Shown here: piece by piece, positions 27,754 through 37,960 of the stretch | Position numbering within the stretch: the first letter of the stretch is position 1 | Layout of the letters: each line of letters begins with the position of its first letter | Source: Cyclobacteriaceae bacterium | Lineage (GTDB): Bacteria; Bacteroidota; Bacteroidia; Cytophagales; Cyclobacteriaceae | Assembly: GCA_039971015.1 (NCBI GenBank) | Contig: JBDVKV010000024.1 | Location: 1,171 to 65,170, forward strand | Reading direction: 5' to 3' | DNA: 64,000 nucleotides | Notes under the pieces: model-generated | What the model was told of the DNA's origin: nothing | What the model saw: the letters and a program-made list of their open reading frames with translations, nothing else | Database searches by the model: none | Program-made: the position numbers and the translations under genes

Positions 27754-28986
27754 TCAATTAGGTTCCATTCTCAATATACTAAACTGATCCTCATCAAAAA
27801 TATCGTTAGCCAGTGTCATTAACGTTTGAGGGGTCGTCTCTCTGATACGGGTATATGTTTCTTCAATAGGTAGTATTTTGCCACGATCCAATATACTCCT
27901 GGCCATCATAATCATATAACTACTGTTATTCTCCTGGGCCATAGCGAGTTGCCCGAACAGTTGCTCTCGGGCGGCATTCATTTGTTTTGTCCCTAACGGA
28001 ACTTCTTTTAATCTCCTCAACTCTTCGCTTATGAGTTGGAGACTTTTTTTCATCTGGGTGGGCTCAGTACCAAATGAAATCATAAATAAACCTGTATCAG
28101 AAAAAGGATAGTAGTGAGAACCAATAGAATAAACATATCCATGCTTTTCACGAAGAGCCCAATTGAGTCGGGAGTTCATTCCAGAACCCCCCAAAATATT
28201 GACGAGCATAAAAAAAGCACTCCTTCGCTCATCTTTCAAAGCATATGCCGGTCTTCCCATCGCACACCGTGATTGACTTACATTGCGTTGAACCAAAAGT
28301 TCTTTCGGTTTATATTTTGTAAACCTTTTCCTTTTGCTCGAAGAAGTTATGAGCGGTAAATGCCCCATGTATTTTTCCGCAAGCCTTATTACCTCTTCCA
28401 TCGGAATGTTTCCCACACATGAAAACACAATTTTATTTGTGTCTAAATGGTCTTTTATAAAAGACCGAAAATCTTTTCTGCGAAAGGACTTCACCGTTTT
28501 CTGTGTCCCCAAAATATTCATGCCCAATGGATGACCGGTAAAAACCACATTATCAAATTCATCGTGAAGAGAGTCTTCCGGATCATCCAGATACATAGCC
28601 ATCTCCTCAAGAATTACATTTCGCTCCCTCTCGATTTGGTTTTCAGGAAAAACAGAATCAAACGTAATATCTGTAAGCAGGTCTACTGCCTTTTCGAAAT
28701 ACACATCACGAAGAGAGGCATAGAACAATATTTTTTCTTTATCGGTAAAAGCATTCAGTTCTCCACCCAATGAATCGAGTCGATTGAGGATATGGTAGGC
28801 ATTCCTTTTCTTGGTTCCTTTAAAGGCCATGTGCTCCCAAAAGTGTGCTATACCTTGATTTGCGGGATTTTCATCTCGACTACCAATGTTCAACATGATT
28901 CCACAGTGCACAATCTTTGTGGTTGTTATCCTATTGTGGACCACCCGAATTCCGTTCGAAAGTGTATAATGTTCTATCTCCCTCAT
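27754..28986 (-). CDS. M16 (pitrilysin/insulinase) family zinc peptidase
   Basis: GIAHFWEHMAFKGT (HxxEH), LNAFT, ERERNVILEE and SRLNWALREKHG. Start moved to ATG 28986. Confidence 0.92.
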   Translation of the reverse strand: MREIEHYTLSNGIRVVHNRITTTKIVHCGIMLNIGSRDENPANQGIAHFWEHMAFKGTKKRNAYHILNRLDSLGGELNAFTDKEKILFYASLRDVYFEKAVDLLTDITFDSVFPENQIERERNVILEEMAMYLDDPEDSLHDEFDNVVFTGHPLGMNILGTQKTVKSFRRKDFRSFIKDHLDTNKIVFSCVGNIPMEEVIRLAEKYMGHLPLITSSSKRKRFTKYKPKELLVQRNVSQSRCAMGRPAYALKDERRSAFFMLVNILGGSGMNSRLNWALREKHGYVYSIGSHYYPFSDTGLFMISFGTEPTQMKKSLQLISEELRRLKEVPLGTKQMNAAREQLFGQLAMAQENNSSYMIMMARSILDRGKILPIEETYTRIRETTPQTLMTLANDIFDEDQFSILRMEPN

Positions 28987-29149
28987 ATGAAGTTGCAAAC
29001 TTAGTCATACTGGAGTGTACTTGGAACTTATTTACCGTCCCAAGCACGAACAATCTTGCCCGCTAGCGGGCAGGAGTATTGCACTACACCACATTTTTTT
29101 TGTAAAATCGAAGAAGTTAAATGGCATAACAATTGTAATTCTATTCAAC

Positions 29150-29401
29150 ATGGAAACTCAAAAAGTTCAAACTTGCTTCACAATTACTTTTACTCAAGAG
29201 CAGTACCTTCATGCGCAGGCATATATAAATGACATGAAGAGACACCCAAAGAGAGTATTCTGGATTGGCAAGCAAGGAAAATCAGATGAAGCGCTGGTAA
29301 TGGAACAAATTGCTCATCGTATTCTTTCTGGCTTCTATCACGATGATCCATTCAATGCCAGCAGGCATATTATCAGAATGGAGAGCATGACAGCTGCGTA
29401 A
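29150..29401 (+). CDS. Small hypothetical protein (83 aa)
   Basis: ATG in an A-rich context; METQKVQTCFTITF...RILSGFYHDDP; fills an otherwise empty divergent gap. Confidence 0.65.
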   Translation: METQKVQTCFTITFTQEQYLHAQAYINDMKRHPKRVFWIGKQGKSDEALVMEQIAHRILSGFYHDDPFNASRHIIRMESMTAA

Positions 29402-29437
29402 AGTTTACCGATTATAAACTCAGAGCGACTCGATTAC

Positions 29438-30295
29438 CTAAATTCTTTCAAGCACTTTTTTAATGAGTGCGTCCACTACTTTCGTAGGGTTTTTTGAAAA
29501 TTTATTTTTAATCCTGTTAGCAATCACGGCATTGATGCTGATCGCCTCATGGCCCAACATTCGTGCGAAAGCATAGTAAGCCGAAGTCTCCATCTCAAAA
29601 TTGGTCAACCAGAAATCACCATTATGATAATAGTTGGCATCATCCAATAATTTAGGAAATTGTAATGGTAGGCGGATTGCCCTTCCCTGAGGTGCATAAA
29701 ACCCAGGACAAGTTACTGTATTACCACTTACCATATCTGCCCCCAATTTTTCTTTTAAAAGTTGAGAACCTTCTACCAGATAAGGCCTAAAATTCAATCT
29801 TAACTTTTTTTCTATGTCTTCAGCAATTGACAACTCAAAGTCAGTTAAATTTAGTTTGTAGAAATTCATCAGATTATCAAAACCAACAGCGAACTCAGTC
29901 ACCAAATGTGAACCCAAGGGAATATCCTCCTGAAGTGCACCTGATGTGCCTATACGGATAATATTAAGCTTCTTCTTTTTGGGTTTAAGCGTCCGGGTTT
30001 TTAAATCCACATTAACCAACGCATCCAATTCGTTGAAAAAAATTTCAATATTATCTGTACCAATGCCTGTGCTAATGACCGTAATACGCTTGCCTTTGTA
30101 CTTGCCAACATGTGTAATGAACTCCCTCTTGTTCATTTCAAACTCAATCTCATCAAAGTACTGACTTACGGAATACACTCGGTTAGGATCACCGACTGCA
30201 ATGATGGTATCAGAAATATGTTTGGGCAGCAAGTTGAGGTGGTAAACGCTACCATCCTTATTGAGAATAAGATCCGTTTCTGAAATCTTAACCAC
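29438..30295 (-). CDS. Nucleoside phosphorylase (uridine phosphorylase/PNP_UDP_1 family)
   Basis: YHLNL, VGDPNRV, KREFITH, STGIGTDN, RIGTSG, GFYAPQGR and NFEMETSA. Start moved to GTG 30295. Confidence 0.9.
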   Translation of the reverse strand: MVKISETDLILNKDGSVYHLNLLPKHISDTIIAVGDPNRVYSVSQYFDEIEFEMNKREFITHVGKYKGKRITVISTGIGTDNIEIFFNELDALVNVDLKTRTLKPKKKKLNIIRIGTSGALQEDIPLGSHLVTEFAVGFDNLMNFYKLNLTDFELSIAEDIEKKLRLNFRPYLVEGSQLLKEKLGADMVSGNTVTCPGFYAPQGRAIRLPLQFPKLLDDANYYHNGDFWLTNFEMETSAYYAFARMLGHEAISINAVIANRIKNKFSKNPTKVVDALIKKVLERI

Positions 30296-30299
30296 TTGC

Positions 30300-30938
30300 T
30301 TAGGTCTTAATTTTTTGCGCTGGATTGCCAAAAACAGTTTCGCCAGCACCCACAGATGCCACCACAACAGATCCGGCACCTACCCTTGCTCCCTTCCCAA
30401 TCGTCACCCCCGAAACAATAGTAACCCCTGCACCAACAAACACCTCATCCTCTACCACCGCATCGTTACCTATCGATGTCCCTGATCCTATTTGAACAAA
30501 ATCGCCAATTTTTGTCCCCACCCCAACTGTACATCCTACATTAAGAATATTGTGATGCCCCATCTGACTGCCTACACTAAGTATTACTTTGTTGTCAATC
30601 AGATTACCATGCCCAATGTCACTACGAAGAGATACTGAGGCTCCGCTATGGATAGCGTTGGCAGGCTGCACTTTTCGCACATCGTTAAGCATTTTAACAA
30701 GGCTTTTCCTTAATCGATTGTCATCTGTGGCCACAAACGACTCACATTTTTTTCCAATCAAATTGAGAAAGGACTCATCATCCGTCCCTCCCAGAACAAC
30801 CACATCATCTACCTCCGCGTTGTGCAACTTTTTATCATCATCCAAAAATCCATAGACGACAACCTTATTTTGCTCAAAAATTTCCTTTGCTACTCGACCT
30901 AGTGCATTGGCACCAAAAATTATTACTGGGTTCTGCAT
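30300..30938 (-). CDS. NeuD/PglD-like sugar O-acetyltransferase
   Basis: IIFGANALG, GFLDDD, hexapeptide repeats and VGAGSVV...TVFGNPA. Confidence 0.88.
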   Translation of the reverse strand: MQNPVIIFGANALGRVAKEIFEQNKVVVYGFLDDDKKLHNAEVDDVVVLGGTDDESFLNLIGKKCESFVATDDNRLRKSLVKMLNDVRKVQPANAIHSGASVSLRSDIGHGNLIDNKVILSVGSQMGHHNILNVGCTVGVGTKIGDFVQIGSGTSIGNDAVVEDEVFVGAGVTIVSGVTIGKGARVGAGSVVVASVGAGETVFGNPAQKIKT

Positions 30939-30976
30939 AAGCACAAAAATAGAATAAGACACTCAGCCTTCCGAGC

Positions 30977-32248
30977 TCACCTTATTTTTAATTTGTTAAT
31001 CTTCTCAAATAGTAGCTGTGAAGGATAGTATAACAGAAGAAAAAAGAAAAATGGAAGAAACCCCACTCTATATCGTGATAAGGTGCCAAAATTAGGAGTG
31101 GACAGCGTCAGGAAGATCGCCAAAAGGCAGATATATATACCCACGCTGATAATCAACAAACGATGATTTGAATGCCATGCTCTGGTAATGTACTGGATAT
31201 TAAAGAGGCATAGTCCCAATAGAAGTAAATTCTCTAGCGCAATAACCATTTGAAATACAGAACCACTCTCCAGCACAAAAGGCCTGAACAATCCGGAGAA
31301 TAACGCCCATGGGCTATTCACTAATATACTCCCCCATGTTGATTCCAAATTATAAAAGTTAACAACAGGTCCTTCCACAGAAGCAATCACATACGCATTG
31401 TGATTTTCAACAACAACATTTAAGAACCTACTCAAATAAAAATTAGGATGAATGTTGCTTGCCCCTAAAACAATAAATCCAAAAATGATTAGCCATAACA
31501 AAACTTCATACACCTTGTTGCGGCTATTTATAACCGGGATAATAAACCTTAACAGCAGAATTGTCGTCACGGCCGCGGGCATAAAAAGTGCTGCCCAATA
31601 ATATTTTAGCTTCCAAAGAAATACCACGGCTGTTAGTGCCACAATCCACTCCCATAGTTTATTCTTTTCTCCACTCAACAGCTGAACAATAAATCCGACC
31701 AAAAACATCAAAGCTGCAATAGAAAGGCTCTCCTTAATAATCCCTGAACTCCAAAACACAAACGATGGCACAAGGAGGAATGAAATTATGGCAGCCCATT
31801 TTCCTTCGGGAAATTGATCAGTAATTTTTCTGAACGCATACCAACATCCTAAAAAAGAAACTGTTGAGAAAGCTACAGATGCCACCCAATAGTTGTTAAA
31901 AGATAGCATCGAAATCAAGCTTAAGTTCTTCACTAAAAAAAGTGATCTCCGCTCTGAATTTAATAACTCGTCAGCCAATGCATATGATCGGTCGCCTTGT
32001 ATCAGAAAACCAAAATATTCACCAGGCGCTTTTTTCAGAAAACTTGACAACGTTTGCGCATCATTAAAAAACCCAAAAGTATCCCCAGCAGAATAGTAGT
32101 AAGTGTATACAAGACCGACACCAATACCTGCGAGGATTTTAACAAAAAGCCCAGTCGCAAAAAACGGCTTCAGGTCTGCATCCTGGCTAAGGAATAATCT
32201 TGCCAACAGAATCATGACAGCAACCCAGAATAATATGGAAATTATCAA
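30977..32248 (-). CDS. Polytopic membrane protein, Wzy/GT-C-like
   Basis: About 10-11 hydrophobic helices; GDTFGFFNDA loop, FWSSGIIKES, large periplasmic loop and RYRVGFLP. Confidence 0.6.
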   Translation of the reverse strand: MIISILFWVAVMILLARLFLSQDADLKPFFATGLFVKILAGIGVGLVYTYYYSAGDTFGFFNDAQTLSSFLKKAPGEYFGFLIQGDRSYALADELLNSERRSLFLVKNLSLISMLSFNNYWVASVAFSTVSFLGCWYAFRKITDQFPEGKWAAIISFLLVPSFVFWSSGIIKESLSIAALMFLVGFIVQLLSGEKNKLWEWIVALTAVVFLWKLKYYWAALFMPAAVTTILLLRFIIPVINSRNKVYEVLLWLIIFGFIVLGASNIHPNFYLSRFLNVVVENHNAYVIASVEGPVVNFYNLESTWGSILVNSPWALFSGLFRPFVLESGSVFQMVIALENLLLLGLCLFNIQYITRAWHSNHRLLIISVGIYICLLAIFLTLSTPNFGTLSRYRVGFLPFFFFLLLYYPSQLLFEKINKLKIR

Positions 32249-32250
32249 AG

Positions 32251-33531
32251 TCAGGACTTTACTGGTTTGAGAATATCAACACCAATATTGCAAGCTAAGC
32301 ACCTTCTCTTCAAACAATAATTATTATTTAGCTCAATTAATGCCTGTGAATCAAATGAATCCTTGACGGTAAAACCAATTTCACCCCAGGCTTTTGTGAT
32401 TTTATTTTTTTCAGCCTTAATTCCGTGTAACAGCTCTACCGCCCTGTCGATCATCGATTGATCGTCCTGCGCTTTTCCATATGCTACCAGTAAGGGCACA
32501 ACAGTGTTAATGATTAAATTGTTAACGCTTTCTATGCCAAGCCCGGAAATTGACCTGGCCGTCTTCCTGCCAAACCTATAATGACTATGCCAATAGGCAG
32601 AAGTTTTTACATCAAATAATTTAACAATGTCCGTTTCAGGCTCTATTAGTTTTGAGAAAAAATTCCTGTTCTTGTGAAAGAGAGCACTAAACTGCGCAAT
32701 ACGAATAGTGGGAAAGTTGGCAGGTCTAAGTCTTAAGAATTTCCAGTTCTCCTTCCTGATTTTTTGATTATCCAATCCGTACTTTGCAGACAGGGCTTTG
32801 TATTCGCGTTGTAATTCCTTAAAATAATCGTCTTTGATTCCGTAATCCAAAAATCCAGCCTGACCAAACAACAACGCTTCTATCTGCGTCAGATTATCTC
32901 CATGCTTCAATAACGTTTTTCTGCGTACCACATTGGCCAATTGAAAAAAGGGATCATAATTAATTTTAAAACCAAAATTTCTGGCAAGCAGTTGATAGGT
33001 GACCTCTTCCCAATCACTATTGGAAGGTTTTAATAGCAGTGCAATTTGCTCTGCCTTACTTTCCAATCGTTGCATCAGTGCCTTGTCCAACATCCCATGC
33101 TTCACAAGGTCACTTATACTTGAGAATATTTTTTCACAAGGGATAGAGGAAGGGTTTTGTACAAGATTTTTGTATTTGCTGATCAAGGATTCATCCACCC
33201 TGTCTTTCAGCACCAAAGTAGGAATTTCGGTGCCATCCGCTCTCAATACTTTCTTGTCTTCATTCCAAACGATATGTAATACCACATTATCATAGGCACC
33301 ATCGGTATCATGGTGATGGTCGTACCAACCAGAGGACTGGATATGAATCTCGGCACTACCCACCCAATCTATATTGTCCAATCTGATTTTCGCATTACTG
33401 AAGTCCGGGCCGGAGTCACCGTTGAGCGTACCCGGAAAGAATATTTCAAGTTGCTCTCCAGAAGAGGTACGCAACTCCTTTTTATCAAAATACTGAAACT
33501 GCCAAATGTAATGGAGGAAGGACTCCTGCAT
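32251..33531 (-). CDS. DUF2851 family protein
   Basis: ESFLHYIWQF, GPDFSNAKI, WVGSAEIH, HHHDTDGAYDNVVLH, LRLRPANFPTIR and C-terminal CLKRRCLAC. Confidence 0.9.
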   Translation of the reverse strand: MQESFLHYIWQFQYFDKKELRTSSGEQLEIFFPGTLNGDSGPDFSNAKIRLDNIDWVGSAEIHIQSSGWYDHHHDTDGAYDNVVLHIVWNEDKKVLRADGTEIPTLVLKDRVDESLISKYKNLVQNPSSIPCEKIFSSISDLVKHGMLDKALMQRLESKAEQIALLLKPSNSDWEEVTYQLLARNFGFKINYDPFFQLANVVRRKTLLKHGDNLTQIEALLFGQAGFLDYGIKDDYFKELQREYKALSAKYGLDNQKIRKENWKFLRLRPANFPTIRIAQFSALFHKNRNFFSKLIEPETDIVKLFDVKTSAYWHSHYRFGRKTARSISGLGIESVNNLIINTVVPLLVAYGKAQDDQSMIDRAVELLHGIKAEKNKITKAWGEIGFTVKDSFDSQALIELNNNYCLKRRCLACNIGVDILKPVKS

Positions 33532-33545
33532 AGCTGACTATTTAC

Positions 33546-34361
33546 CTAAAGATAAGTATCAAGCAGCATTTTCATTTCTTCTTGTAGCTTTTTTGCTTCG
33601 CTTCTGGCCACATCAGCAAAATCCTCATTTACAGAGGCATAAATAATTCCCCTTGCAGAGTTAACCAATAGCCCACAATCCTTATTCATCCCATGTTTGC
33701 TTACCTCCTCGAGGTTTCCGCCCTGGGCGCCAACCCCGGGAACGAGGAAAAAATGATTGGGTGCCAGTTCGCGAATTTCTGAAAGTTTATCCGCTCGGGT
33801 GGCCCCAACGACATACATCATGGCATCGGCCGTAGCCCATTGTTGTGATTTTTCAATCACTTCTTCAAAGAGTCTTTTTCCTGTGTCTTTCGCAACGGTG
33901 AGTTGAAAGTCTGCACTTCCCGGATTGGAAGTATGCACCAAAAGAATCACCCACTTCCCATCCCTCAGAAAAGGCGTGACAGAATCCTGGCCCATATAGG
34001 GCGCCACGGTAATCGAGTCAAATGACATCTGCTCAAAAAATGCTTTGGCATAAAGAGCTGATGTATTACCAATATCCCCGCGTTTGGCATCGGCTATGGT
34101 AAACACATCTGACGGAAAGTAGTCTACCGTTTTCTGCAAGCTTTCCCAACCCTTTGCACCCAGGGCTTCGTAGAAGGCAATATTAGGCTTATAAGCCACC
34201 GCAAATTCTTTGGTGGCGTCAATAATCTGTTTATTGAATTCAAAGATCGGGTCATCTTTTTCAAGAAGGTGCTTTGGAATCTTTGTAAGATCGGTGTCCA
34301 ATCCCACGCACAGATAAGACTGCTTCTTTTTGATTTGCTCGAAAAGCTCGCTACGGGTCAT
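33546..34361 (-). CDS. pyrF: Orotidine-5'-phosphate decarboxylase
   Basis: [43 protein letters not shown] and NSARGII. Confidence 0.96.
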   Translation of the reverse strand: MTRSELFEQIKKKQSYLCVGLDTDLTKIPKHLLEKDDPIFEFNKQIIDATKEFAVAYKPNIAFYEALGAKGWESLQKTVDYFPSDVFTIADAKRGDIGNTSALYAKAFFEQMSFDSITVAPYMGQDSVTPFLRDGKWVILLVHTSNPGSADFQLTVAKDTGKRLFEEVIEKSQQWATADAMMYVVGATRADKLSEIRELAPNHFFLVPGVGAQGGNLEEVSKHGMNKDCGLLVNSARGIIYASVNEDFADVARSEAKKLQEEMKMLLDTYL

Positions 34362-34366
34362 AAAAA

Positions 34367-34374
34367 CAAAAATA
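34367..34374 (-). promoter_or_regulatory. Bacteroidota -7 promoter element of pyrF
   Basis: TATTTTTG only 5 nt upstream of the ATG. Confidence 0.6.
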
Positions 34375-34460
34375 CGCAGGTTGACCTACTTTGCCAGAGT
34401 CTAGTGGATTTTATCGGCATCGCCATCAAGGATTCTCCTTTCAGCTCTGACCTTTTCAAT

Positions 34461-34486
34461 AAAAAAGCCCACGCATTGCTTGGGCT
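34461..34486 (-). terminator. Intrinsic terminator after ftsK-lolA
   Basis: AGCCCA-9 nt-TGGGCT followed by T-tract on the minus strand. Confidence 0.7.
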
Positions 34487-34510
34487 CCAGTTATCAATTC
34501 ACTGACTTAA

Positions 34511-35152
34511 TTATCTCAAATCAATCACTTCCACTCCCGGGTATTTCTTCGGGTCGAAAGTAAAGAAGGAATCATCCACCTTCACGTTGGGTACAAACTT
34601 ACTGATGGCATACTTGTAACGATTGCCTGACTTGTCAAACATCGTCCAGCTTTGAATGCTCTTATCTTTCTTGGCAATGTTCATCCTTATTTTAAAATAC
34701 TGTGCATCCTTTTTCTCCGGTACTAAATCCACCACTTCACACAATACACCTCCATCCATCTGATCTTCCAGGTACAGGTATTTGTAGCCTTTTTTATACA
34801 TAATATAGAACTTGGATGGGTTCATCTCATCCGTATCAGGGTCTACATTATCAATATTTACCTCCTCAGCTGACGGCAGATAGGTCCATACTGTGGTCCC
34901 GTTATTGATAATCTCCTGGTCGTCAACCAACAACTTGAACTTATCCCCCTTTACGGTAATCTTTCCTTTAAATTCTTCATGAATCCCGTCTGTATCGTTG
35001 GTGAGGGAGGAAGTAAGGTTGGCTTCAAATGAGGTCAAACTCTTGTATTTGGCACTCATTGCCTCCAAAATCTCTAATGCCTTAGGGTCGTATTGGGCAA
35101 AAAGGAGTGTTCCTGTAAGTATAAATATTAGCGTAAATAGGCTCTTTTTCAT
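34511..35152 (-). CDS. lolA: Outer-membrane lipoprotein carrier protein LolA
   Basis: Signal peptide; GKITVKGDKF, NGTTVWTY and DSFFTFDP; directly downstream of ftsK (conserved synteny). Confidence 0.88.
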   Translation of the reverse strand: MKKSLFTLIFILTGTLLFAQYDPKALEILEAMSAKYKSLTSFEANLTSSLTNDTDGIHEEFKGKITVKGDKFKLLVDDQEIINNGTTVWTYLPSAEEVNIDNVDPDTDEMNPSKFYIMYKKGYKYLYLEDQMDGGVLCEVVDLVPEKKDAQYFKIRMNIAKKDKSIQSWTMFDKSGNRYKYAISKFVPNVKVDDSFFTFDPKKYPGVEVIDLR

Positions 35153-35170
35153 CAATTCTGGTTCAACGGG

Positions 35171-37633
35171 TTATGACGGACTATGTTTTTCTTTTAATTC
35201 ACTCAATAATTGTTCCAAACTCACCTCATCTGAAATTAAAACTTCACGTGCCTTGGATCCTTCAAATGCACCTACAATTCCTGCCGCTTCCAATTGATCA
35301 ATAAGCCTTCCTGCGCGGTTATATCCAAGTTTTAGCTTACGCTGAATCAAAGAAGTACTACCTTGCTGATGCCCCACTATCAGGCGGGCGGCTTCTTCAA
35401 ATAAGGCATCTCTCTCTGACAAATCAACGGCTGTCGCTCCTTTTTCATCATCTCCTTCAAACTCAGGAAGCATATAAGCAGACTCATATCCTCGTTGAGC
35501 TCCAATGTATTCACAAATTTTCTCTACTTCGTGGGTATCAACAAACGGGCATTGTAGCCTGATAACATCTGATCCTTCCGACAGCAACATATCCCCCTGT
35601 CCGATAAGCTGATCTGCGCCTCCCGCATCCAGAATAGTGCGAGAATCAATCTTGGAAGTTACTCTAAATGACAAACGCGCTGGAAAATTGGCCTTTATCA
35701 CCCCTGTGATCACATTAACAGAAGGACGCTGTGTAGCCACCACCAAATGTATGCCTATGGCACGAGCCAATTGAGCAAGTCTTGCAATAGGAGTCTCTAC
35801 CTCCTTACCTGCCGTCATCATTAAGTCAGCCAACTCGTCAATCACCAGTACGATGTAAGGTAGAAAGCGATGGCCTTCCTTCGGGTTGAGCTTGCGTGAA
35901 ACAAACTTGGCGTTGTACTCCTTCAAATTTCTGGCACCTGCATCCTTCATCATCTCATATCGGTTTTCCATTTCGATACAAAGCGAGTTAAGGGTGTGCA
36001 CTACTTTACGCGTGTCGGTAATAATAGCATCCTCTGTTCCCGGAAGCTTGGCCAGAAAGTGTCTCTCCAATTTGCTAAAGAGCGACATCTCCACCTTTTT
36101 AGGATCGACCAATACAAATTTAAGCTGGCTGGGGTGACGCTTGTAGATCAATGAGGTCAGTATCACATTTAACCCAACCGACTTACCCTGACCTGTCGCT
36201 CCTGCCACTAACAAGTGGGGCATCTTGGCCAAGTCGATAACCAACACTTCATTGGAGATGGTCTTACCCAATGCAATCGGCAACTCTTTGTCCGATTTCA
36301 TGAACTTTTCTGTGCTGAGCACCTGGCGAATGCCCACCATCTCCCTGTTCTTGTTGGGCACCTCTATACCAATTGTACCTTTTCCAGGGATGGGTGCAAT
36401 GATACGAATCCCTAATGCCGCTAAGCTTAGCGCAATATCATCTTCAAGGTTTTTAATTCTGGAAATCTTGATCCCTGCCTCCGGAACTATTTCATACAAG
36501 GTAACTGTAGGCCCGATGGTTGCCTTTATGCTGGATATACCAATCTTAAAATTGGTAAGGGTTTCAAGAATTTTGTCTTTGTTCTGCGTAAGCTCTTCCT
36601 GCGTTACTTGCACCTTTCCGGAATCATATTCATCCAAAAGATCAAGTGTTGGAAATTTATACTTACTCAGATCCATGGTGGGATCGTATACGCCATGCTC
36701 TGCCACTAGTTTGTCTGCAGCTTGATCCGTATCCGATTTTGGTGCCTCCACCACAAAGGATGGCTCTGCTTTCTTTTCAACGGGCTTCTCTGGCTTATTC
36801 ACTTCAATAGGCAAAGGAATTTCCTGCTTTACCTCTTCTTCCTCTTCAACCTCTTCTTCGTCTGTCTCTTCTTCACCCAGCAATTCTTCCTCCTCAGCTG
36901 CTTTGTTCTGCTGTTGGGCCGCCCAATTGTCCCCCTCTTCTGTGTAGCCACTCTTCAGTTCATCCTCCAATATGGCATCATTGCCCATTGGCTTAGGGTC
37001 TTTTACTTGAAATGCATTGATAGCGGTAACGTTGAAAAAGTATATAATAAACACAAATAGTGAAAACGCAAGAACTAAAAATGTTCCCCAACCTAAAAGG
37101 CCATCAGAAATTTTTGCCAATTCAAAACCAAGACCTCCGCTTAGAAAATTTATTTCATGTACACCTGAAATGCTATTAGTGATATACCCTAACAAAAGAC
37201 TCAGCCATAGGCCAGAAAATAACGAGAAAATAAATACAGAAAAGATAGGCAGCAGCACCCTCTTAAAGACCATTTTAAATCCAAGAATGAATAATATTGG
37301 AGGAATGAAAAAAGCTGAAATCCCAAACCATTTAAAGATAAAATAGTGAGATGTAATGGCACCATATAAACCCAGCCAATTTTCTACTTCTCTACCCGAA
37401 TCAATTAAACCGGTCTCCCCTACAGAGTCGACTACACTTTGATCCACCTTTCCTGTAAACAGGTAAGAAATAAATGCCGTAACCAGATAAAGGGAGGCAA
37501 TTAGAAGAAAAAAGCCTAATGCCAGCTGGAGACGCGGATCACTAAAAAAGGAAAAAGAAAAATTAGACTTCTTGTCTTTTTTCTTTTTGTCAGCCTTCTT
37601 AAAAGTATTGGACTTGTATGAGTTTTGAGCCAT
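35171..37633 (-). CDS. ftsK: DNA translocase FtsK
   Basis: N-terminal TM domain; PHLLVAGATGQGKS, VIDELADLMM, ARAIGIHLVVATQRP; gamma domain QRKLKLGYNRAGRLIDQLE. Confidence 0.97.
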   Translation of the reverse strand: MAQNSYKSNTFKKADKKKKDKKSNFSFSFFSDPRLQLALGFFLLIASLYLVTAFISYLFTGKVDQSVVDSVGETGLIDSGREVENWLGLYGAITSHYFIFKWFGISAFFIPPILFILGFKMVFKRVLLPIFSVFIFSLFSGLWLSLLLGYITNSISGVHEINFLSGGLGFELAKISDGLLGWGTFLVLAFSLFVFIIYFFNVTAINAFQVKDPKPMGNDAILEDELKSGYTEEGDNWAAQQQNKAAEEEELLGEEETDEEEVEEEEEVKQEIPLPIEVNKPEKPVEKKAEPSFVVEAPKSDTDQAADKLVAEHGVYDPTMDLSKYKFPTLDLLDEYDSGKVQVTQEELTQNKDKILETLTNFKIGISSIKATIGPTVTLYEIVPEAGIKISRIKNLEDDIALSLAALGIRIIAPIPGKGTIGIEVPNKNREMVGIRQVLSTEKFMKSDKELPIALGKTISNEVLVIDLAKMPHLLVAGATGQGKSVGLNVILTSLIYKRHPSQLKFVLVDPKKVEMSLFSKLERHFLAKLPGTEDAIITDTRKVVHTLNSLCIEMENRYEMMKDAGARNLKEYNAKFVSRKLNPKEGHRFLPYIVLVIDELADLMMTAGKEVETPIARLAQLARAIGIHLVVATQRPSVNVITGVIKANFPARLSFRVTSKIDSRTILDAGGADQLIGQGDMLLSEGSDVIRLQCPFVDTHEVEKICEYIGAQRGYESAYMLPEFEGDDEKGATAVDLSERDALFEEAARLIVGHQQGSTSLIQRKLKLGYNRAGRLIDQLEAAGIVGAFEGSKAREVLISDEVSLEQLLSELKEKHSPS

Positions 37634-37960
37634 TCCTTAAATATGCTACAAAACTAAGGAATTAATTAAAACGTCTGAAATTGAGTTGAAATAAGCTTTA
37701 GGGAGTTATGAGTCATTTCACGGTATCCAGTTTTATTTTTTTGATAGATTAGAATAGATGATAAACATCCAATAGCGCACTTAATCAATGGCATTAACAA
37801 TTGAGTTACCGTTATCCTCGGACGGGTATTAACGAATATTAAACATTAATCGAACACCTGTAAGATAAGAATCATGTCTTTTCTGGTTTAGGGAAAAAAT
37901 ACTAACTTCAATTGATGGTATCGATAGATGTGAATTCAAGCATTAAATTCAATACTCCAA

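Noticed and set aside
34269-34505. 78-aa + strand ORF across the pyrF-lolA gap
   Set aside because: It overlaps pyrF antisense and runs through the pyrF promoter and lolA terminator; no protein features.
36225-36725. 166-aa ORF antisense to ftsK, and the many similar 60-170 aa opposite-strand ORFs in the track (e.g. 3025-3339, 10382-10702, 39332-39739, 54478-54879)
   Set aside because: They are shadow frames of well-supported genes, with no recognisable motifs.
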